DNA of 64,000 nucleotides, taken from the NCBI RefSeq assembly GCF_009914755.1, contig NC_060934.1; one strand, given 5' to 3'. This stretch comes from the human T2T-CHM13v2.0 reference genome, Homo sapiens. Positions within the stretch are counted from its first letter, which is position 1. Every line of letters begins with the position of its first letter. The position numbers were made by a program, and so were the translations under genes. A model generated the notes under the pieces. That model saw nothing but the letters and a program-made list of their open reading frames with translations, had not been told where the DNA came from and did no database searches. Positions 1-17,799 of the stretch are shown one piece after another.

Positions 1-569
1 GGACTGTTACCGTACGACTTTGACAAAGGTTGGGAGGAGAAGAGCTATGGCACCTGTTCTCATTAGCACCCTTTGCATGGAATAGGGGAAAACGTCTTGT
101 GAATATCACTTATTACTCAAGTGTCAGAACATCTTCCATCCTGGAAAGTTCTAAAACAGACCTGTGAATTGAATAAGGAGATGAACTTCGGGTAAGATGG
201 GAAGGGGTGAGCTTTGTCCTGACATCACTCTTCCCTTCTTTTCTCTGCTGGCAATACCTCATCATGCACATGGATCACTACAGGGCAAAGGAGAGAGTGA
301 GTCACTCCAGAATGGAACTTTATTCTTCAGCCGACGAAGGACATCTCCAAAGCCACCACTCTCTCCTTCCTCTTGCCAGCATCTGTGCCCTTTAAGGTGG
401 CACTTAGTCATGAGCCTCTTGCTTTGTGGATACTGATCTTGCTCTCCTAACTAAGCCCTTGTAGCCTCTATACCTCCCGTGTCCCCCACATATCCCTCAA
501 CGGTGCTTGCCACATGGTAGATATTTGGCAAGTACTCTGTGGTTGATACAATACATTTTAATGATTCAT

Positions 570-1590
570 TCAGGTCTCAATGACAGAAAAAAAAAAAAAA
601 AACAACCCAGATCAACCCGTCTTACACAAAATCAGGAAGGCAGTGGCTCATATAACTGTAAGTCCAAGTATTAGTGGCTTTACGCACAGCTTGCCTCGGG
701 GCCCCACATGGCGTCAGTAGAGCCTAATCTCTCCAAGTCTTATGTCTGCTCTCCTCCATATTAACTTAATTCTCAGGATCTACGTGGTGACAAGATTCCT
801 GCTGTAGTCCCACATCCTCTAGGGTCTAAGTCCAAAGGAGAAGAAAGAGGGCCTTTCTCAGCAGTAGGAGGAATTGTCTTGCATCTCATTGGCTCTAAGT
901 GGGTCATGTGTCCATCCCTGAACCAATCACTGTGGCTGGTTGAATGTCCACTCTAATTGGCTAGGCCCAAGGCAGATACACATCCCTGAAGCCAGAAGTG
1001 AGGTCAGCTTCACTAGAAGCATCGGATCTGAGAGTCATGGAGGGGTTGTTGTCTTAGTCACCTCCTATTCACCTCATTGGCAAGGGAGGGCTGTTATGGA
1101 ATGGCTGGCACATGAGTCCTGATACCGGACACGTGAAATGAACACCAGTTTATTGCCTGGGGGAGGAGGATGCTGCATGCTATGCAGGGTGACATGGAGG
1201 CTACACTTGAGAACAGTGAACAATTAGGGTCTGTGAGAGGCAGGCTTTGTAGTATCAAGGGCATGGGGTGACCCCTGGTTTCTTGGGGGAGGACGTGATT
1301 GGCCTGTTTGAGTAACTCTCAGGCTGGTCGGGAACGGAAACCTGACACTTGGGATAAGTAGAAACTGCTTCTTGTCCCATTTGTAAGGAGGGCCGTTTGG
1401 CTAGGGGACCTTATCCATGGGAGCAGAGTTGAGAGGGAAACTTGTAGTTAGGCCATTCAAGCCCCTCCCAGTTTCACCAGATGTCAAGGCAAAACAACAT
1501 TGGACCTTAATTTTAAGTCTTACACTGCAGTGGTCCCCAGAAGAAAATTAGGAACTATTAGCATAGGAAGGGCAAATGGATGCTGAGCTC
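570..1590 (-). mobile_element. Old MaLR LTR (MLT1J/K-like), interrupted by a second LTR at ~1050-1529
   Basis: Motifs typical of reverse MLT1K (tctcattggct...ggtcatgtgtccatccctgaaccaatcactgtggc; ...aatggatgctgag). The sequence resumes after 1529. Boundaries approximate. Confidence 0.55.
1050..1529 (-). mobile_element. Solo LTR, ERVL-class (MER70-like; subfamily tentative)
   Basis: Minus strand begins TGCAGTGTAAGACTTAAAATTAAGGTCCAATG...CCTTGACATCTGG. Colinear homology with a second copy at 55637-56124. Confidence 0.55.
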
Positions 1591-3025
1591 ACTGGAGGAG
1601 TAATATGTGTCCACTATCCTTGAATCAAGAAACCTCAAGAAAGGGGTCACTGGCAGCTGGTCATCAAATGCCATCTCTTTGTCTGGACTGATCATTCTTA
1701 TGCTCACCCAGTCTTCAGAATCTCACATAAATGTCTCTAGGGTCCTAATAGAGGAGATGAGGCAAGTAAATGCAGATGGCACAGGAAAAGCCTTGAGGAT
1801 ATCTATCCTGGGGAGATGAGTCATTTTTTTTTTTTTTGTGGAGAGAGACTTCATTACAGACAGTATTTTGAAATGCCAGACTTCAGGGGCACCCTGGATG
1901 GGCCCACTGCCCTGCTCAAGGCCACGTCCTTCCTCTTTCATCATGTTCAGAGGCCCTTGCTAGGTTGAATATTTTGATAGACAGGGTTCAGATACCTGGC
2001 TGGACCTGATTCCAAGTCTGATCATGGTAGGAAATCTCTATTATTCAATTGGAACTGTTTTAAAAAGTGTCATCTAATGCAGCTGGGGCAGTCCTGGAAT
2101 TGCTGCTGATGAAGTTTTAAGGGGGTCATAGGTAATTTGATGTGATAATTATAAAAGCAGAGATTCTTGACTTTTTTTTTTCTATGAAGCTTTCTGAGAA
2201 TAACATGAAAAACTATGGACTTATGAGAAATATAAACAAATACCCCAAACTTTACAAGCAATTTCTTGGGGCTTCATGTAGCCCCTAAAATCCCAGCATT
2301 GTACATACATCATGATTCGTGAACCCCATAGCTTTGAGAGTCATATTTGGAGAAATTGATTAGTATCAGGTCAGCTAAGGCAAGCTTTATTCCCAGGAGG
2401 GAGGCAGCTTTATGTTCTAGGTCTGCAAAGACTCTACATCCACAGGGCAAAACCTTTGGAAATCCAGGTGGCCTGTGCTATCAGTCATTGGCAGTGCTGT
2501 CTGGGATCACTGTGTCAACATATATGTATATCCATCCGTCACTGCTGTAAGCATGTTGCTCCCCAGCAGCAGACTTTTAGTATCTTTGGAGGGGAATAAA
2601 GAGTAAAAATGACTTTTTTTAGAAGTTGGGCTCTAAGATGCAGTCTTCATATATATATTAACTTGTGAAATTCATCAATGTTACCTGCACCATGATAGAA
2701 AATAATATGGGCTGTCTGATTTAAGTTCAACCGGCAAACAGACTTTCAGACAGGTGAGTTTAACATGACCTAGGATAGCCACTGGAGGTACTGGGGACCC
2801 ACCTCTTCCTTGTTTGGACAAGGGAAGAGAGGAGCAAAACAAAATTACATAACGCCCTATTTGGCAGATTCCCTCAGTGCTTGAAGCTCATTCATTTATT
2901 TATTCATACAACAAATATTAATATTTGCTGAATTCTTACTCTGTGCCAGGTATTTTTCTAGGGGACATAGCAGTGAACATGACAAAGGTCCTGTTGTAAT
3001 GGTGATTATCTTCTAGGGAGAGCCA

Positions 3026-3545
3026 TGTGGTGGGTAGCTGAAACTTGTCTTCCAAACATCCCTTTTCCCTTCTGGTAACAGCACATGACGTTAAAGATAT
3101 ACCCCTTCTTCACTCTTAATTCTCTTGGTTTGAGGGATGGATCTCTGACCCAGAGTTAATCCAATCAGCATAATTGCACTGCAAACTCCAGCTGCGATAG
3201 CCACAGGACCCAAGCTGGTCTAATTAGGAAAAATCTAGGGATTTTTTTGAAGAAGTTATTGGAAAAAAATGTGTGTGTGTGTGTGTATGAATATATGTAT
3301 ATATACATTCTTATTTCTTTTTATTTTTTTTCTCTGCTGAACTTGAACCTGAGAGGCTTTAAGTTGGAGCTACTTGCTGCAAAAGGAGACAAAATCTTGA
3401 GTATGGAGACAACAGAGGAGGATTGAGTGACATTGGCAAAAGCACCGAGGCTTTGTAACGTTGTTTGGGCCCCTCTGGACATTGCTCTCCAGGGCAATTT
3501 GAGTTGGGTTTTTATCAGTTGGTACTAGAGGAATCAATTGACTCA
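3026..3545 (+). mobile_element. Old MaLR LTR (MLT1K/L-like) with an internal (TG)n tract
   Basis: tgtggtgggtagctg start; gacccaag...ccaatcag and gaacctgagag blocks; gagttgggtttttatcagttg 3' end. (TG)n at 3270-3286. Confidence 0.45.
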
Positions 3546-3956
3546 CCTGCCGGCCTGGAAGACTTGGTGAAGTAGTTGTGGCTACAATCACATTCTATAC
3601 ATCTAGTGTATGCAAGTTTCTCAGAGGACAGATATGCTTGGCAAAACTTGTGCAAGTGAAGGTGGGCCTGGTCCTCCCTTCCCTCGTGTCATAAGCCCCT
3701 TCTCCTTACCCCTAACACAACAGCCCATGCACTCTTCTTGCCTTTCCCAGGCACTGGTCCTGCATTCTATTTCTGCTGTCACAGAAAGCAATCTCCACTT
3801 GAATAGTGAGGGCCAGGTGCCTTGGCATATGGGAAGAGCACACAACCTGCTATGGGAAGACTTGTCCTTTAGTTCCCGCTCTGAAACTGCCCATCTTGGT
3901 GGTCTGGGTGAGCCATATAACTGCTTGAGATTTATCTTCCAAAAAGATAGGTGGAA

Positions 3957-3992
3957 GTAGTAGTAGTAATAATAATAATAACAATAATAATA
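3957..3992. repeat. (TAG)n(TAA)n compound microsatellite
   Basis: gtagtagtagtaataataataataacaataataata read directly. Confidence 0.9.
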
Positions 3993-4540
3993 CTTTCTCT
4001 TCTGTATGAGCTCCTGGTTGAGGGTCAAATCAGGTAACACATGGAAGTGTGTTATGAACAGCAAATTAACATGAAAAATAAGATGTTAAAAAACAGATGA
4101 ATATATGACTTTACTTGGGAAATTCCACACGTTAAAAGGGGGTCTTTGAAGAGGGAAGCCCCTTGATTCCTTATACGGATGAAGTTATCGCCGTGAAAGA
4201 AAAGCCTTAGCAAGGGTTGATATTTTGAGGTTAAAAGGTCCTTTTTCACTGTCCAGTTATTCCTTGGCTTTGCAGCTGACTTCATTCCAAGGATAGTAGT
4301 TAAGACCTGGAGGTTCCTGTTTCATAAATGAGGATATTTTTCTTTTCATTGGTCGATATTTCTGCAGCACTCATAAGGCAAGAAGTGGTGTTGAAAAAGG
4401 ATGGATCAAATGAACAGCCTGGCCTCCCTTGACTCTAAGAAGAGTGCAGGTAGGGAGCTGTGTGGAGCTGTCCTTTCCTTTTTCTGAAGGTAAGAAAGTG
4501 ACTGACAGGTTAAAGATACTAGGAAGAAAATTGCTAGTTA

Positions 4541-5841
<1,301 letters not shown>

Positions 5842-6444
5842 ATGGCTAAGAACTTGAAAGCAAACAAAAAGTCATTCCAGAAGAATGGGCTGGGAAGTAT
5901 TGAGCTCACAAGTGGGATCAGGTCAGTGGCCAGATTCCTGTTCAGTGGGAATGCTGGAGAAGGGACTCTGGTTTGAAGAGATGTTGGGTGGATGGTATAC
6001 TGGTTCTCTCCAACTCAAAGATGTGAAGCTCCTGCATACCTTCAGGATTTAGCATGCATGCAGTGGGAAAGACAACATAGATTGTCTTATGTTTCTTGAT
6101 CCCTCTAACCAGTTGCAGCAAGAAACATAATGCTATATTTTGACTCACGCTTTTGAGGGTAAGCTTTTCTTTCAGAGTGTGTATGTTTCTGGGGAAGTAA
6201 TTTACACTATTACCTGAGTGTCTCCTTGCAAGGAGCATTTGAGTAGTTTCCAAATATTTCCTGGAAGCAATCTTTTAGTTGGGGTCTCTGTGAGACAAAC
6301 ATAGCATTATTTGTGGAGAAATCTAATCTCATGGCAAATAGAATGCTTGGACAAATTGAGAAGCTGGTGTGGTTTTCTTGAGGGATGCCACTGAGAATTT
6401 ACCTCCATATCCTGTGACTTACTTTGTTTTCCCTTTGTTCTTCC

Positions 6445-6910
6445 TCTTTTTAAAAAAAATGAGGTATAATTTACACATAATAAAATCACAAATTTTAAGT
6501 ATCGAGTTAGATGGATGTTGACAAATATATGCATCTATGTCACCTACATCTTCAGTAGGTACAGAATATTTCTAACACCTCCAAAGTTCCCCATGCCCCT
6601 TTCTTGTCTCCATCCAGAGGTAACTGCCATCTTGCTTTCTCTCACCACAGCTCAGTTTTGCCTGTTCTAGGACCTCATATAAATGAAACTATATGGTAGA
6701 ACTTCTTTTATGTGTGGTTTTTTGCTTAAAACAATGCTTTTGAGATTTATTCATGTGTTTTGCAAATATCAGTAACTCTTTATACTATTGAGTAGTATTT
6801 CATTGTATGAATATGCCACTATTTTTCATTCTTATGTTAATGAGCATTTGAGTTGTTTCCAATATTTGATTATTATTAATAAAGCACTATAAATATTTTC
6901 TGCAAGTCCC
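6445..6910 (-). mobile_element. Old L1M (L1MC/ME-type) 3' fragment
   Basis: gaggtataatttacacataataaaatcacaaattttaag...catttgagttgtttcca...ataaagcactataaat, the typical reverse L1M 3' end. Confidence 0.7.
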
Positions 6911-6949
6911 TTGGTGTTGGCTATCACAGATCAGGACCCAAAAGAGATG

Positions 6950-7810
6950 AGTGGAAAAAATAAAAAGAATTGAGTGGACCCGCACAAATGATCAGTTTTT
7001 GCCAATGTGTCAAGGCAATTCAATATGAAAAGACAATCTTTTCAACTAACAATACTGCAAAACCTGAATATCCTTACGAAAAAAAAATCTCATCTCTATT
7101 GCGTGCCACATGCAAAATTAATTTGAGACATAACACAGACTTAAATATGAAAGCTAATATCGTAAAGCTTTTAGAAGAAAACATAGGAGAAAATCTACAA
7201 ATGTGGAGTAGGGAAAGATTTCTTAGGACACAAAAGGTACAAACATAAAAGAGGAAATTGATGAATTGGGCCTCATCAAAATTAAAAACATGTTCATGTT
7301 GAAAGATACTGGTAGGAAAATGAAAAGTTAAGCCACAGATGAAGAGAAGAAATTCATAATATGTGTAACTAACAAAGGACTACTGTTCAGAATATATTGT
7401 ACATTCTTTAAAATCAATAATAAAAAGCAACAATCCAATTTTTAAAATAGGCCAAATATATGCATAGGTGCTTTATGAAAATGAGAACGGCCAAAACACA
7501 CAAGAAAAGATGCTCAACAGGGCACATGGACACAGGGAGGGGAAACACACATGGGGGTCTGTGGGGGTTGGGGAGCAAGGGGAGGGAGAGCATCAGGACA
7601 AATAGCTAATGCATGTGGGGCTTAAAACCTAGGTGATAGGTTGATAAGTGCAGCAAACCACCATGACACATGTATACCTATGTAACAAACCTGCATGTTC
7701 TGCACATGTATCCTGGAACTTAAAGTAAAATAAAAATTAAAAAATAAAAAGAAAATATGCTCAACCTCATCATCCATGAAGGAAATGTAAATCAAAACTA
7801 CAATGTCAAA
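6950..7810 (+). mobile_element. Old L1M ORF2 3' fragment hosting a younger L1PA
   Basis: Degenerate ORF2 translation (DLNMKANIVKLLEENIGENL) in ORF 6970-7248. Confidence 0.75.
7519..7748 (+). mobile_element. Short 5'-truncated L1PA 3'UTR (about L1PA8-10) nested in L1M
   Basis: L1PA 3'UTR ending gaacttaaagtaaaataaaa. 17-bp TSD AAGAAAA(G/T)ATGCTCAAC at 7502-7518 and 7749-7765. Confidence 0.88.
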
Positions 7811-8062
7811 AGTCAAAACCAGATGTCACCCAAGATGCAGCTGGTGCCATAAAAGAGCACAGGAGTGCAAGAGAGGGAATCTGGGTTCCGGTTCTGCCCC
7901 AGATCCTGTCCCTCCCTCCATCGGGCATCTTGGCAAGGCTCTGGACTTCCAACAAATGAAGGAACAGAACTAGCTGTACATGAAGTACAAAGATGTCTTT
8001 ATTTTTTATGTTGTTCTTGCCCTAATATTGCTGGATTCTAGTTACTGCCACAGCATCTATGG

Positions 8063-8590
8063 GAGGGGTCCTCAACCCCCGGGCCACAACCCCTTAGAAA
8101 CTGGGCTGTACAGCAGGAGGTGAGTGATGAGTGGTGTGTGGGGAGTGAGCCAGAGAGTGAAGCTTTATCTGTATTTACAGCCACTCCCCATCGCTGGCAT
8201 TACTGCCTGAGCTCCACCTCCTATCAGATCAGTGGTGACATTAGATTCTCACAGGAGCACAAACTCCATTGTGAACTGCACATGTGAGGAATCTAGGTTG
8301 CATGCTCCTTATGAGAATCTACTGCCTGGTGATCTGTCACTGTCTCCCATCACCCCCAGATGAGACTGTCTAGTTGCTGGAAAACAGGCTCAGGGATCCC
8401 ACTGATTCTACATTATGGTGAGTTGTATAATTATGTCATTATATATTGCAATATAATAATAATAGAAACAAAGTGGACAATAAATGTAATACACCTGAAT
8501 CACCCTGAAACCATCCCCACCACTCCAGTCCATGGAAAAATTGTCTTTGATGAAACCGGTCCCTGGTGCCAAAAAGGTTAGGGACTGCTG
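8063..8590 (+). mobile_element. MER1A-type hAT/Charlie non-autonomous DNA transposon
   Basis: Ends gaggggtcctcaaccccc ... aaaaggttagggactgctg. Perfect 8-bp TSD ATCTATGG at 8055-8062 and 8591-8598 (hAT TSD length). About 530 bp. Confidence 0.9.
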
Positions 8591-8738
8591 ATCTATGGCA
8601 ATGAGAATCCTATTGGAGGCTCCCACACGATTCTTTCTGGATGAAGTAAGGGAAATGATACTCTGACTTTTCACATGATGAATTTGAAAATAATACACAT
8701 AGTTCCTCACTTAAACTTTTCTAAGAAATGAAGTACCA

Positions 8739-9055
8739 GCCAGGAGCGGTGGCTCATGCCTGTAATCCCAGCACTTTGGGAGGCCAAGGCAGGCAGATCA
8801 TGAGATTAGGAGATCGAGATCATCCTGGCTAACATGGTGAAACCCCATCTCTACTAAAAATACAAAAAATTAGCTGGCGTGGTGGCAGGTGCCTGTAGTT
8901 CCAGCTACTCAGGGAGCTGAGGCAGGAGAAAGGCGTGAACCTGGGAGGCGGACCTTGCAGTGAGCCAAGATCACGCCACTGCACTCTAGCCTGGGTGACA
9001 GCGAGACTCCATCTCAAAAAAAAAAAAAAAAAAAGAAAAAGAAAAGAAAAGAAAA
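8739..9055 (+). mobile_element. Alu (AluY-like)
   Basis: Full dimer plus A-tail; gagatcgagatcatcctggctaac. TSD AAGAAAT(G/A)AAGTACCA at 8723-8738 and 9056-9071. Confidence 0.95.
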
Positions 9056-9132
9056 AAGAAATAAAGTACCATGTTTTTTCTGAAGATGTTATTAATTCAT
9101 ATATGTTCTCCTTTGATAGAACGGCATCTACT

Positions 9133-9600
9133 CTAAAGAAATGAAATGGGGGTGGTTCCAAGATGGCCAAATAGGAACAGCTCCAGTCTACAGCTCCCAG
9201 CATAAGCAACGCAGAAGATGGGTGATTTCTGCATTTCCAACTGAGGTACCAGGTTCATCTCACTGGGGCTTGTTGGACAGTTGGTGCAGGACAGTGGGTG
9301 CAGCGCACTGAGCGTGAGCCAAAGGAAAGCAAGGCATCGCCCCACCTGGGAAGCACAAGGGGTCAGGGAATTCCCTTTCATAGCCAAGCAAAGCTGTGAC
9401 AGACGGCACCTGTCAAATCGGGTCACTCCCACCCTAATACTGCGCTTTTCCAATGGTCTTAGCAAATTGCATACCAGGAGATTATATCCCGCGCCTGGCT
9501 TAGAGGGTCCCACGCACACGGAGCCTCGCTCATTGCTAGCACAGCAGTCTGAGATCAAACTGCAAGGTGGCAGCAAGGCTGGGGGAGGGGCGCCCGCCAT
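9133..9600 (-). CDS. LINE-1 antisense ORF0, extended to 155 aa (expression unproven)
   Basis: Translation from the ATG at 9600 reads [42 protein letters not shown]...IRVGVTRF, the ORF0 signature. Good Kozak context (gcaATGg). No stop until TAG at 9133-9135. Confidence 0.6.
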   Translation of the reverse strand: MAGAPPPALLPPCSLISDCCASNERGSVCVGPSKPGAGYNLLVCNLLRPLEKRSIRVGVTRFDRCRLSQLCLAMKGNSLTPCASQVGRCLAFLWLTLSALHPLSCTNCPTSPSEMNLVPQLEMQKSPIFCVAYAGSCRLELFLFGHLGTTPISFL

Positions 9601-10175
9601 TGCTGAGGCTTGAGTAGGTAAACAAAGCAGCCGGAAAGCTCGAACTGGGTGGAGCCCACAGCAGCTCAAGGAGGCCTGCTTGCCTCTGCAGACTCCACCT
9701 CTGGGGGCAGGGCATAGCCGAACAAAAGGCAGCAGAAACCTCTGCAGACTTAAATGTCCCTGTCTGACAGCTTTGAAGAGAGTAGTGGTTCTCCCAGCAT
9801 GGAGTTTGAGATCTGAGAACGGACAGACTGCCTCCTCAAGTGGGTTCCTGACCCCTGAGTAGCCTATCTGGGAGGCACACCTCAGTAGGGGCAGACTGAC
9901 ACCTCACACGGCCAGGTACCCCTCTGAGATGAAACCTCCAGTGGAAAGATCAGACAGCAACATTTGCTGTTCACCAATATTCGCTGTTCTGCAGCCTCTA
10001 CTGCTGATACACAGGCAAGCAGGATCTGGAGTGGACCTCCAGCAAACTCCAACAGACCTGCAGCTGAGGGTCCTGACTGTTAGAAGGAAAACTAACAAAC
10101 AGAAAGGACATCCACACCAAAACCCCATCTGTACATCACCATCATCAAAGACCAAAGGTAGATAAAACCACAAAG

Positions 10176-11187
10176 ATGGGGAAAAAACAGAACAGAAAAA
10201 CTGAAAATTCTAAAAATCAGAGTGCCTGTCCTCCTCCAAAGGAACGCAGCTCCTCACCAGCAATGGAACAAAGCTGGACGGAGAATGACTTTGACGAGTT
10301 GAGAGAAGAAGGCTTCAGATGATCAAACTTCTCTGAGGTAAAGGAGGAAGTTCAAACCCATCACAAATAAGTTAAAAACGTTGAAAAAAGATTAGATGTA
10401 TGGCTAACTAGAATAACCAATGCAGAGAAGTCCTTAAAGGACCTGATGGAGCTGAAAACCATGGCACGAGAACTACGTGATGAATGCACAAGCTTCAGTA
10501 GCCAATTTGATCAACTGGAAGAAAGGGTATCAGTGATTGAAGATCAAATGAATGAAATGAAGCGAGAAGTTTAGAGAAAAAAGAATAAAAAGAAATGAAC
10601 AAACCCTCCAAGAAATATGGGACTATGTGAAAAGACCAAATCTACATCTGATTGGTGTACCTGAAAGTGGCAGGGAGAATGGAAGCAAGTTGGAAAACAC
10701 GCTCCAGGATATTATCCAGGAGAACTTCCCCAATCTAGCAAGGCAGGCCAACATTCAAATTCAGGAAATACAGAGAATGCCACAAAGATACTCCTCAAGA
10801 AGAGCAACTCCAAGACACGTAGTTGTCAGATTCACCAAAGTTGAAATGAAGGAAAAAATGTTAAGGGCAGCCAGAGAGAAAGGTCGGGTTACCCACAAAG
10901 GGAAGCCCATCAGACTAATAGCTGATCTCTCAGCAGAAACTCTGCAAGCCAGAAGAGAGTGGGGGCCAATATGCAACATTCTTAAAGAAAAGAATTTTCA
11001 ACCCAGAATTTCATATCCAGCCAAACTAAGCTTCATAAGTGAAGGAGAAATAAAATACTTTTCAGACAAGCAAATGCTGAGAGATTTTGTCACCACCAGG
11101 CCCGCCCTAAAAGAGCTCCTGAAGGAAGCGCTAAACATGGAAAGGAACAGCTGGTACCAGCCGCTGCAAAATCATGCCAAAATGTAA
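10176..11187 (+). pseudogene. L1 ORF1p (RNA-binding), disrupted
   Basis: Starts ATGGGGAAAAAACAG. Premature stops near 10320 (AGA TGA) and 10367 (TAA), small deletion near 10569. The C-terminal RRM/CTD half is open (10627-11187). Confidence 0.92.
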
Positions 11188-11250
11188 AGACCATCGAGAC
11201 TAGGAAGAAACTGCATCAACTAACAAGCAAAATAACCAGCTAACATCATA

Positions 11251-15073
<3,823 letters not shown>

Positions 15074-15554
15074 ACAATGAGAACACTTGGACACAGTAAT
15101 GGGAACATCACACACCAGGGCCCATTGTGGGATGGGGGGAGTGGGGAGGGATAGCATTAGGAGATATACCTAATGTAAATGACAAGTTAATGGGTGCAGC
15201 ACACCAACATGGCACATGTATACATATGTAACAAACCTGCATGTTGGGCATATGTACCTTAGAACTTAAAGTATAATAAAAAAAATATAAAAAAAGAAAT
15301 TGACTATGCTAAAGGCATTATTAACAACAAAAAAAGTAAGTGCAAATGTTTACCTTTGCTGTCAAATATCTAAATTTGAATGGACAACCAATAATTTCTA
15401 TTAATGAGCTTTAAAGAGAGTAATTCTGGAATTTGGAGACATAATATTTTATGCTTTAATATAAATTTAAACTATTACAAAACAAAAGATATGAAATGGT
15501 TAATTTATTTTACTGTGCTTTACTTCTTCCCTGGAAGTAGGAAAATGACCTTTT

Positions 15555-15858
15555 ATTTTATTGTTATTATTATTATTTGAGACACAGTTTTAGTCTGTCA
15601 TCCAGGCTGGAGTGCAGTGGCACGATCTCAGCTCACTGCAACCTTCTCCTCTGGTTCAAACAATTCTCTTGCCTCAGCCTCCCAACTAGCTGGGACTACA
15701 GGCACCCGCCACCACATTTGGCTAATTTTTGTGTTATTAGTAGAGACAGGGTTTCACCATGTTGACCAGGCTGGTCTCAAACTCCTGACCTCCAGTGATC
15801 TGCCTGCCTCAGCCTCCCAAAGTGCTGGGATTAAAGGTGTGAGCCACCGTGCCTGGCC
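15555..15858 (-). mobile_element. Alu (AluS)
   Basis: Reverse Alu dimer with (TTA)n tail. Degenerate TSD gaaaatgacctttt / gaaaattactttt. Confidence 0.93.
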
Positions 15859-16152
15859 AGAAAATTACTTTTTATTATGTGGAATTTGGCCTAATGCAGT
15901 TCCGCATCAGGTCTAGTGCCATATTCTCAGAGGTCTTATAAATATTGCTGCTTGAAAGAAGGTGAAATGAAGGAATATTTAGATTGGTAAAGAGAAGACT
16001 CTGTCTTCCTCCCTCTCGCTCTACATATCTATCCCTATCTTCTTTTGTAGTTGTAGGATAATTAAAGGGCTATATTGTAGAAGAATAGACATTACATTTA
16101 TTCTATGTGGCCCCCAAAAAACAATTTGGGCCCATCGATGTAGGCTAGAGGC

Positions 16153-16222
16153 AAATCTCTTTCTACTCAAACATCTGCTTCTACTCAAACATCTGTTTCT
16201 ACTCAAAAATCTGTTTCTACTC
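16153..16222. repeat. 18-bp minisatellite, about 4 copies (AAACATCTGTTTCTACTC)
   Basis: Direct reading of head-to-tail units. Confidence 0.9.
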
Positions 16223-16701
16223 TCCCTGGAAATGGAATGAGTGATGAGTGATTTCTACATCCCTGGAGGTGTCAAGCAGATATTTATTGAGACCATTATG
16301 GAAGATATTCATGGACCAGGTTGAAGTTGGTAACCTTCTAAAATCCCTCTTGGATCGCAGCTACATCATCAAGTTCATGCCAGGCAGCTACAGAGGAAAG
16401 TTTGGATATGTGCATCTTTGTGGATAAGGGTCGCTGTGCTGGCTGCCTGTTACCAGGACAGCTCTTAGTGCAACTGGGTAGGTAGCACTCAGATACAGAG
16501 TATAACTTCTGGAAATGAGATGATAAGAAATTGTTGCAAGTTTGTGTTCTCTCTGAGGTGGCTTTGGGTTTTGGAAACAGTCAAAAGTCTGGTCAATTTG
16601 GGGTCAGCATGCTGGACAATACTGTTTGGGGGTTTAAAAAAAACTCTAACAACATAAGCATAACTACAGAGGGATGGAATTTATTTTCTTGGCATGCCCA
16701 T

Positions 16702-16761
16702 AAGCTCAATATGAAATATTGGGGAATATGAAATATGAAGCTCAATATGAAATATGGGGAA
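16702..16761. repeat. Local tandem duplication (AAGCTCAATATGAAATATTGGGGAA unit)
   Basis: 36-bp unit followed by a partial second copy; AATATGAAATAT occurs three times. Confidence 0.85.
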
Positions 16762-17236
16762 ATGGGAGATTTCCCCAACGTGGCACTTTGAAAATGTGTG
16801 CAGCCACAAAAGCATTGGAGAAAGCTACACTCAATGAGTGTCTAGATTTTTCAAAGTGATTTTTCAAAGATCAGTCTCGCACTTTACAGCTATGTTGTTC
16901 ATCATGTCTTGGTAGGGGGATTGCCATGTTTATTCTCTTTCTTATGATAAAGCATTTCTGAGGCTGCTGAAGCTCTGACCCATGGTTCCGTCACCAGAGG
17001 ACTCATCACATTCCATGGGGATCTTAAAAAGACCCAGCAGGGGCTGCCAAGCCTGGCACCTAGGTGCTGTGGCTGGATCACGTTATCTAACCTGGCTCTG
17101 TTTCTTGACTCCCTGTACGCTCATTTGTCTGCTGGTGCAGCAACATGACATTTCAGGAGGGCTCTACCTGCTTGGCATATGCTCATAGCTGAACAGCTGC
17201 TAGAGCCAGCTACCTCCAAACACATGGAAGGAATGT

Positions 17237-17291
17237 GGCGGGTGGCAGGTGGCGGGGTGGGGTGGCGGGTGGTGGGGGGTAGGGGGGTGGG
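17237..17291 (+). other. G-rich tract with G-quadruplex potential
   Basis: ggcgggtggcaggtggcggggtggggtggcgggtggtggggggtaggggggtggg: seven runs of three or more G with short loops. Confidence 0.7.
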
Positions 17292-17799
17292 TGTTGCTTC
17301 CTGCTTTTTGTGATTTGGGGCACTGAAGATGCCATCTGCAGTACTTTTCAGAGGTATCAGAGCCTATCTGCCCTTCAAGAAGGATCTGGATTAAATTATA
17401 GATCCTTCTGTGTGAGAGAGCCCCCAGAGACATCCTGATCCAGGTTTATATAATGAATAAGGCTAGAGCTTTCCCTTGACAACAGGCTTTGGTAAATGGA
17501 AAAAGGGATCATTAGAGGAGATGACAGGGTTGCCAAAGGGACTGGAGAAAGAAGAGACTGGGCAGCTGAAGACAAGCATCAAGGATGACATCATAGCTTT
17601 GTTTAAAGCCACCTTCAGAGAACACAAACTTACAACAAATTGCAAATCTGTATTGACAGTTGTAGAAATTGGGCAGCCTTATCATGGAGCACCCAGAATA
17701 ACTCCCTTTTACTGGTTAATGATCGTGGGGTTGGACAAGAATGGTTGGGGATGACCCCACCATGCAGCATGGAACAGGATGGCCCCTGGTTGTTTACTT

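Noticed and set aside
16153-16222. Regularly spaced repeats resembling a CRISPR array
   Set aside because: The units are head-to-tail with no unique spacers, there are no cas genes, and the context is mammalian.
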